64,000 nucleotides of DNA from the human T2T-CHM13v2.0 reference genome, Homo sapiens. Every line of letters starts with the position of its first letter. The first letter of the stretch is position 1. The notes below the pieces were generated by a model, which saw nothing but the letters and a program-made list of their open reading frames with translations, did not search any database and had not been told where the DNA came from. Position numbers and translations under genes: made by a program. Below, piece by piece: positions 57,141 through 64,000 of the stretch. The DNA lies in the NCBI RefSeq assembly GCF_009914755.1, contig NC_060934.1. One strand, given 5' to 3'.

Positions 57141-60100
57141 TGCCTGTTTTGCGTACAATGGCCCTTCTGTCAATTTGCACAAATTCCAGCCCAGAGTGGA
57201 CACTCAATAAATATGTGCTAAAGACAATAGATGCACAGTGATATAGAGGCTGTGAATGCAAAAGCTCCTGCCTGACTGAAACCTTTCCAGCATTGACTTA
57301 CTAGCTAACGTTGCCTCCTTGTCTACCTGAGCTTCAAGAGTGTGTCTTGTTCTATCCATAGGCAAAGACACTTCCTCCTTGGTAAAACTTCATCTTTCTG
57401 GTACATGCCTCCCAGATCGTCGATGGAACTCTTACCCACATGAGCACAACTCTTCCTTTATAGAGTATTGACTAGGAATGATAATTGTCCAAGAAAAGTC
57501 TTCAGTGATAAAATACACAATTACTTGTATATTTCAGCTTTGTTCTGTTGGTAATTATTTGAATAATAAGTAAGATATTTGATGATATTTCTTTTGTGTT
57601 TGGCTCATCATAGATGGTGTCCTTCAATTATTTGCATGTCAGCTCATTCAGGTGAGACGTCCTCCTTCTAGAGAAGGAAAATTTTTCAAAAGTCGATTCA
57701 TCCTGAACAAAATATAACCATCAAAGCCTAAATATGACAATTCTGTTGTTCTTAACCATCCCAGCCAGTGAGGAAGACTGTAACACAAAAGTCAAACAAC
57801 ATTTTCTTCAATGAAATAACTCAGCCTTTGAAGGTAATCTTAGCCCCTTCTTAACATTCCTGGAAAAAGCCTGACTTATCATCTCCTGTCCAGAGACAAG
57901 ACTCATCTTGGTGCTGAGGCAAACACAGTTATGACTTCTACCTAATAGCTGAAATGTAACAGCTGTAACTTGTCAAACATTGGGCTGGACACTGAATCTC
58001 CTGCATTATCTCTCTCTACGAGATAATTTGTGAAACACCTGACCTACATGGTCACCGTGTGAGAATAGGCAAAGCATAAATACATTTCAAAGGATGTATA
58101 CCTTTTCAGCAGGGGGCTTGCTAAAAGGAAAAAGTTCTGATTCATTTTCTCGCATAATAGCTACTACACTCAACCTCCAGGGATGAGGGTGGGGTATACT
58201 CAGTGGACTAGGGAAGTGAAAATTGTGGGGACTTTGGGAAGTATTTTCTTCCCATTAAACAAACAAAAATCGATTGCAGAAGAGGTTAAATATCTTTATA
58301 GAAATTCTACTTACTTCAATTCATCCAGAAACTCTTACATACTTAATATGTTTCAAAAAATACACAGGATAAAGGAAAAAAATAATTTTCTGCATTGGAA
58401 AAACTGAACCCTAATTCATAAGAATATTGTACCAAAAAGAATATAAAGATGGTGTTAGGTTCAATTCAATTGAATTCAAGAACCAAGTTGTTCAGCACAT
58501 AATGCATGAAAAACACTATAGAACATAAGACAAAGAAAACAATTCCTTGTACCCTGGAATTTACCATTAAATTGCAAAGTGTGTATACAGTCAATAAATG
58601 CCTAGGAAGTTCATAAATCTAATAATCCCCCCAGGAGACATGAGCCCATGACAACACAGGACAGGACTCTCTCCCATGGAGCTAATGGAGACTAGCATTC
58701 TAAGTCACATTTTTAGTCTCTGTAAGCCTCAGTCTCCTCGGCCGGAATAATCTTTTCCATTGCTAAGTGCATCCATGGGCCTGAAAGCACCATGCTATTG
58801 CAGAGATAAAGCTGTTAGGATACCGCAGGAGTCCATGCAATGTTAAGTTTTTCAAGGCAACAGGAACAAGCAGTATGTACAATATGTCTCAATACTGCCT
58901 TTAACACGCTTAGATTAAGAACAAGGCATCCTTACCCTACTCTACTACCTGGTTTCTCAGGGATGATCCTTCCTGTCTTGCTACACTTTGGCCATATTTT
59001 GAGACTAGTTCTCTTTGTGATCCAAAAAAGGGAAAATCAGAAACCTCAGAATTATAGCTTCACTTCTCAACAAGGACAGGAACTGTACAACATGTTAGGT
59101 GAGAAAACCCGTGACCAGAGGCTTGCTCAGCATGAATGCATTGAGTAGGAGTCAGGACCTTTGGGAAAACTGAAGGCCGAAGGAGGTCAGAACTAAAGTT
59201 GTATTTTTAGGTAGAAAATATAAGTTATTATGAGCCCTACATTTTTTTTTTCTAAATCTATCCCTGCTCTGGTTCATTTTGACCTAAACATCTTTGGAAT
59301 GGCTGAAAGCAAAATGTATTAAAAATGTTTGCTTCCTTTTTATTTGAGCCCAGGTATAATCTGATATTATGAAATATTTTACTTAAAACAAACAACCAAA
59401 CCTGTCAAACAGCAATTTTAAAAGTTGGCTCTCAGAGAGCAAGCCACTGAAGTCAAATAAGAATCCTTTTGGAACACTTCAACAGGAAAAGGTATGGCTC
59501 AGGGTTCAGACTGGGCAGGGGTCTGGAACACAGGGATGTGCACACGTGGGGAAAAGCTGAGATTATTCCAGCTATCAGGAAAGCACAGTAGTTATTGGAA
59601 ATCATTTAGGAAAGAAGTGAAGCAGAAGAATGGACTCATATGAACTGTGGGAGAATTTACTTGGATAAAGTACTGTCATACATCCTAGAAGCTGGCCAAG
59701 ACACATGGTTGGTTCTTGGCTCTGACTTCTGATCTTGCCACATTTAATTTACTTTTTATCTTCCTGACTCTGGAAATACAGTTTTTAAGATGATATTGAG
59801 GTATAGAGGAAAGCAGTGGGAAAATCTGCAGTCACAGCATATTTATAATTTGGGGGGGACCCATGTATTATGCAAAATGGTTCTGTTCCTTCCAAACCAA
59901 AGTTGATGAATGACAACAGAAGGCTTCCCCGTGGTTCTTCCAGGGAACAGAAAAGAGAATCATTTAAGACAGCTGACAGGGAGGAACACAAACCCCATCC
60001 CCAAGCTTCTGCCACTTATTTTTTTGTCTGTCCACCTTCTCCTTTGAGGGAAGTCAGGCAAGGGGTGGGCATAGCCAGCAGGACTCCAGAGTCAGAAGAG

Positions 60101-61479
60101 AAAATGGAATATCTTTTATCTTCAGTTATCATTCAAGGTCTAGAGAGCAAACACTAAATGTATGTTGTTTGAAGGTCATGGAGTTTAATTCTGCACTTCT
60201 AAACATGGCCATTAGGCAAGGGGGTGGAGATGACATGAAAGTGGTGTTCTTGGAAAAATATTGGAAGCCTAGTAGAGAGAAAAGTGGGTTTTAGTGAACC
60301 AAGTATGTCAACAGTAAGGGGAAAAATTTTAGTGTAGGCAAATAAAAGGTGGTCACAGAATTATATTTTCTATGATCCCATGTACCTGGTTGATTTGTGG
60401 TTGTATGGATTTGTAAGAGCTGAGTATGTTCATTCAAAAGGCTGGGCAGAGGAGTCCTTCCTTCCCACTATTAAAGGCCCATGTCTTCCTTGCCCCTCTA
60501 ATGCCAAGTGGAGATTTTGGCTGTCATTTTCTAGGAGGAAGTACAAAGAAAAAAGAAAAGAACCATTCCATCAATTACATACAAGACCCAAGTTCACTGA
60601 AAGAGGAATTTCACTGCCAGTCTCTGGCCATATTGGACCTCCCAAGCATTTATATTTAGAAATATGAGTTGTGCACTTGTCTGTCTTACTTGGCTTGGAA
60701 GCTGCTCCTGCCACACTGGGCCCAGAGAATGCATCCCCTCTAGCATACTCATGGTGTAGCACACAAAGATTTTTTAAGATGTGAATTCAGAGAGGGAGGC
60801 AGAAATGCCAAAAACATCCAAAGCCCAGGATAATATGAGGCTTTGAAGGACATATGATTTATCTTAAGTAAAGCATTCTGTCTTGGAATATATTAGCGTA
60901 TCCCCCAACTTCCTGGGCCCCAACACATTCTTCTGCCTCCCAGGTTGTGTTCTCAAACGGGCCTGTAGGTGAACATTGCTTCAAAGTCTCTGGGGTCCTT
61001 TGTTCATTCTAGATGCTGATTGATGCCCAGGTCTCCTTCTGCCTATGACAGTCCCAATCTTCACTCTGGAGGGGACCGTCTTAGATGAAGCCTTCAGGCT
61101 TCTTTCAATGTTTTGGAGTTCCTATTCCTGTACTTTGGTCCTAAGCACTAGTTCTTTCCGTTTGACCCATTGAGTTTGCCTAAAATGCATTCAGACAAGC
61201 CTGGTGGTAAGGGTATGATCCTCTTGGAAGACTTTGGCTTTTTCAACTGAGCCTAGACAGACATCTGGGACAACCCCTGCAATTGGAAATGCCATAAACC
61301 TCTCTTCCATCCTGTTACCAATCAAGTTAGTGGCTTCTTCCTCTCCTTGCCTGATGGCTCTTGTACCATCACTCCCATGCCACTCCATAGCCCATCAGAG
61401 TCTAGCCTCCTTTCCCACAACCTCACAGAAAGCTGCTCTCTGGCTTCTGGTCCCATACTCACACAGGCATTTGAGATTT

Positions 61480-62350
61480 CTCTGCACTGTTTGATGAGGT
61501 GGGCTGCCCGCTCCTTGAAACTCTCATCCTTTGCTTTTCTTAACATTATACTCTCCAGGGTGTTCCTCTGTGGCCTCCATTGGTCTCCTTTCTGCCACTT
61601 TCCCCACCTCCATTGCCAAATGTCAACGTTCTCCAATTTCCTTCTTGTCGGGCGGCTCAGGGTCAGCACAAAGTGCTGGTTAAGCATCTTTGCCCTGGCA
61701 CTCAGCTATTTGGGTATGAATCCCAGCTTGGTCACTGGCACTCTTGGACAAGTTTTTAGCCTCTTTGTGAATCAATTTCCCGTGTACGGGAGAAATAACC
61801 CTAGTGGCTAACTTACAGAGTTATTGTAAGAATTAAATAAATGAATATATATGCAAAGTCCTTCACACAATACCTGATCACACAGTGAATACCCATTATC
61901 TATATTCTGTGCTGATTATTAGTATTTCATCCTTTCTAAGAGCTGTAACTACCAGTTTTACACTCTTAAGTCTATTTCAGTAACTCAAAGCTCTCATTTT
62001 AGTTCCAAAATATACTTCCATTTTCCACATTCCTGGGTATGCTGGAAGAACATACAAATCAGCATGTTCAAAACTAAACCATTATCTATGTCCTAAAACC
62101 AGCTCTTTTTCCTGCATTTCACATCTGGGTTAATGATACTGCCATCTTCTGGGTTGTCATAATTTGAATTCTCAGAGTTCTTATCTATTACTCCCTCTCT
62201 CTCACCTTCCACAATTTTGAACCAAGCTCTGACTATTCATCTTTCAAAATAGTTCTTAAATCCCTTTCATAATCCTTCCTTAATGTCAAACCTTCAATTC
62301 AATCCCTTATCATCTCTCACTGATTATTACAATAATTTTCTTTCTCCGAT
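61480..62350 (+). mobile_element. L2 fragment interrupted by MIR
   Basis: ctccttgaaactctc..., cagcatgttcaaaactaaacc. Confidence 0.65.
61670..61900 (+). mobile_element. MIR (near full length)
   Basis: tggttaagca...gggtatgaatcccagct...cttggacaagt...acagagttattgtaagaattaaata...acaatacctgatcacacagt. Confidence 0.8.
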
Positions 62351-62426
62351 TTTACTCCTTTCTCTAAATCTGTTTCTTTAAAAATAACAATCATGTTTCA
62401 TGCCTGTTCTAAAAAGTAAACAAATA

Positions 62427-62803
<377 letters not shown>

Positions 62804-62959
62804 CTATATTCTTCTATCTCCAAAAACTATCCCTTACTACTTTGAACTCACATCTATCACTTTTCACCTAAGTATCCAAATCTCTGGTACTGAAAATGAT
62901 TCATAATTTTGCAAAGAAGTCATACCTTTCACTTCTATTTGTAATTATTTCTCCCATTT

Positions 62960-63240
62960 TCTCTGTTTGACAAGTCCTACTCAGGTTTAAGGTCCAGAAC
63001 AAATATTCCTTTTCCCAGGCAGTCCCTCCTCCCCGATCCCAAAGCCCAAGACAGAAACTACCAGCCCGATTCTGAGATCTGTCTGTTCTTTGTACTGACC
63101 TGCCTACTGAACTTGTAACAGTACAATGATATTTATTTCTGTCTCTTTCTCTTAGCTGTGGGATCATAAAATGCATAGGATCTTTTATCCTATGCATTTG
63201 ACTTGGATTCTGGCTCATATTAACACTAAGTGAGAATCTA
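62960..63240 (+). mobile_element. L2 3' region
   Basis: tcctactcaggtttaagg...gtctctttctcttagctgtgg. Confidence 0.5.
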
Positions 63241-63469
63241 TTGGTTGTAATTTTCTAGGAGTGTTTCTTCTTCTTGCAAGTTTCCCTGCAAGGGCTTTGG
63301 CACTGGGTTTGCCCAGTGCCTCTTCCTTTTTGACCAAGGCAATTCTTGGTTTCGCCAAGTGCCTGTGTGCTGGCAGTGGGTCCTTTTAACTCACTGACAT
63401 TGTCACCATGATGGATACTCATCTGGGAGTGGAACATTTTGCCTACAGCCTATCTGAGTAAAACTAATT

Positions 63470-64000
63470 TGGTTAATGAAAAGTTTCCCGCTGACACTCA
63501 CCTAAAATTCATATTTACGCAATTCAATGCATTTTATGAAATATGTACAATATTACACCTGTCAGGATAAGTGCTTGTATCTTTTTAGAACTATTTTGGT
63601 CCACTTTGCCTAATTTTGAGGATTTCAAGTATTTTTAGATTCAGAAAACTTCCATTTATGAATTTTACATTACATCATATACAATTCATCGAATGAATTC
63701 CTTTTGGTGTTCTGGCCTACATTTTGCTCTTTAGGGGCTATTTTAGGAGACTTTGTGCACTATGTGGACTTATAAAGCAAATCAGCTGATACACAACTTG
63801 CTATTTTAGTGGAGCATTATACTTTGATATTATGAATGAAATGTCTTTAGTTGCTATATTTTAATCAGTAATCTATGCCATAAAGTGATACTTAAAAATA
63901 GCTATAGTTACACCCTATAATGATTTAGCTTAACACTTGAAATTTGTAGCTTATTGCTTTCACTGTCAAAATAGTATACACTCATTAAATAAAATTTGGA
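63470..64000 (-). mobile_element. Ancient L1ME 3' fragment (runs off the window)
   Basis: taaaattcatatttacgcaattcaatgcattt, ccttttggtgttctggcct. Confidence 0.45.

Noticed and set aside
54482-61811. ORFs of 100-154 aa in the repeat-poor right end
   Set aside because: No recognisable domains or exon-like structure, they overlap on both strands, and the longest runs through L2/MIR sequence.

Overview
This window reads as primate (very probably human) nuclear DNA: AT-rich, CpG-depleted, and roughly half or more recognisable transposable elements. I find no credible protein-coding exon, CpG island, tRNA, rRNA or snRNA. The long ORFs are decayed LINE-1 ORF1/ORF2, Tigger1 transposase, MaLR internal or Alu sequence. 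Subfamily names come from recalled consensus sequences, not from a RepeatMasker run. The 11-44 kb interval is a nested stack of elements: old L1M, a near full-length L1MB1-like copy, Tigger1, MER85, Alus, MLT2A and an L1PA3-like copy. I cannot support a new biological system here. The most interesting signals are mechanistic fossils: (1) an L1PA3-like insertion with a twin-priming 5' inversion plus two serial 3' transductions inside one 12-bp TSD; (2) a MER85 piggyBac MITE with a head-to-head inverted copy of its own 5' end and no TTAA flanks; (3) a much older 5'-inverted L1MA with a candidate TSD; (4) a tail-less L1PA fragment patched into Tigger1 at a microhomology; (5) a very young AluYc1-like insertion; (6) several template-switch inversions and hairpins; (7) a cluster of splice-competent non-coding exon candidates at 44.7-47.3 kb.
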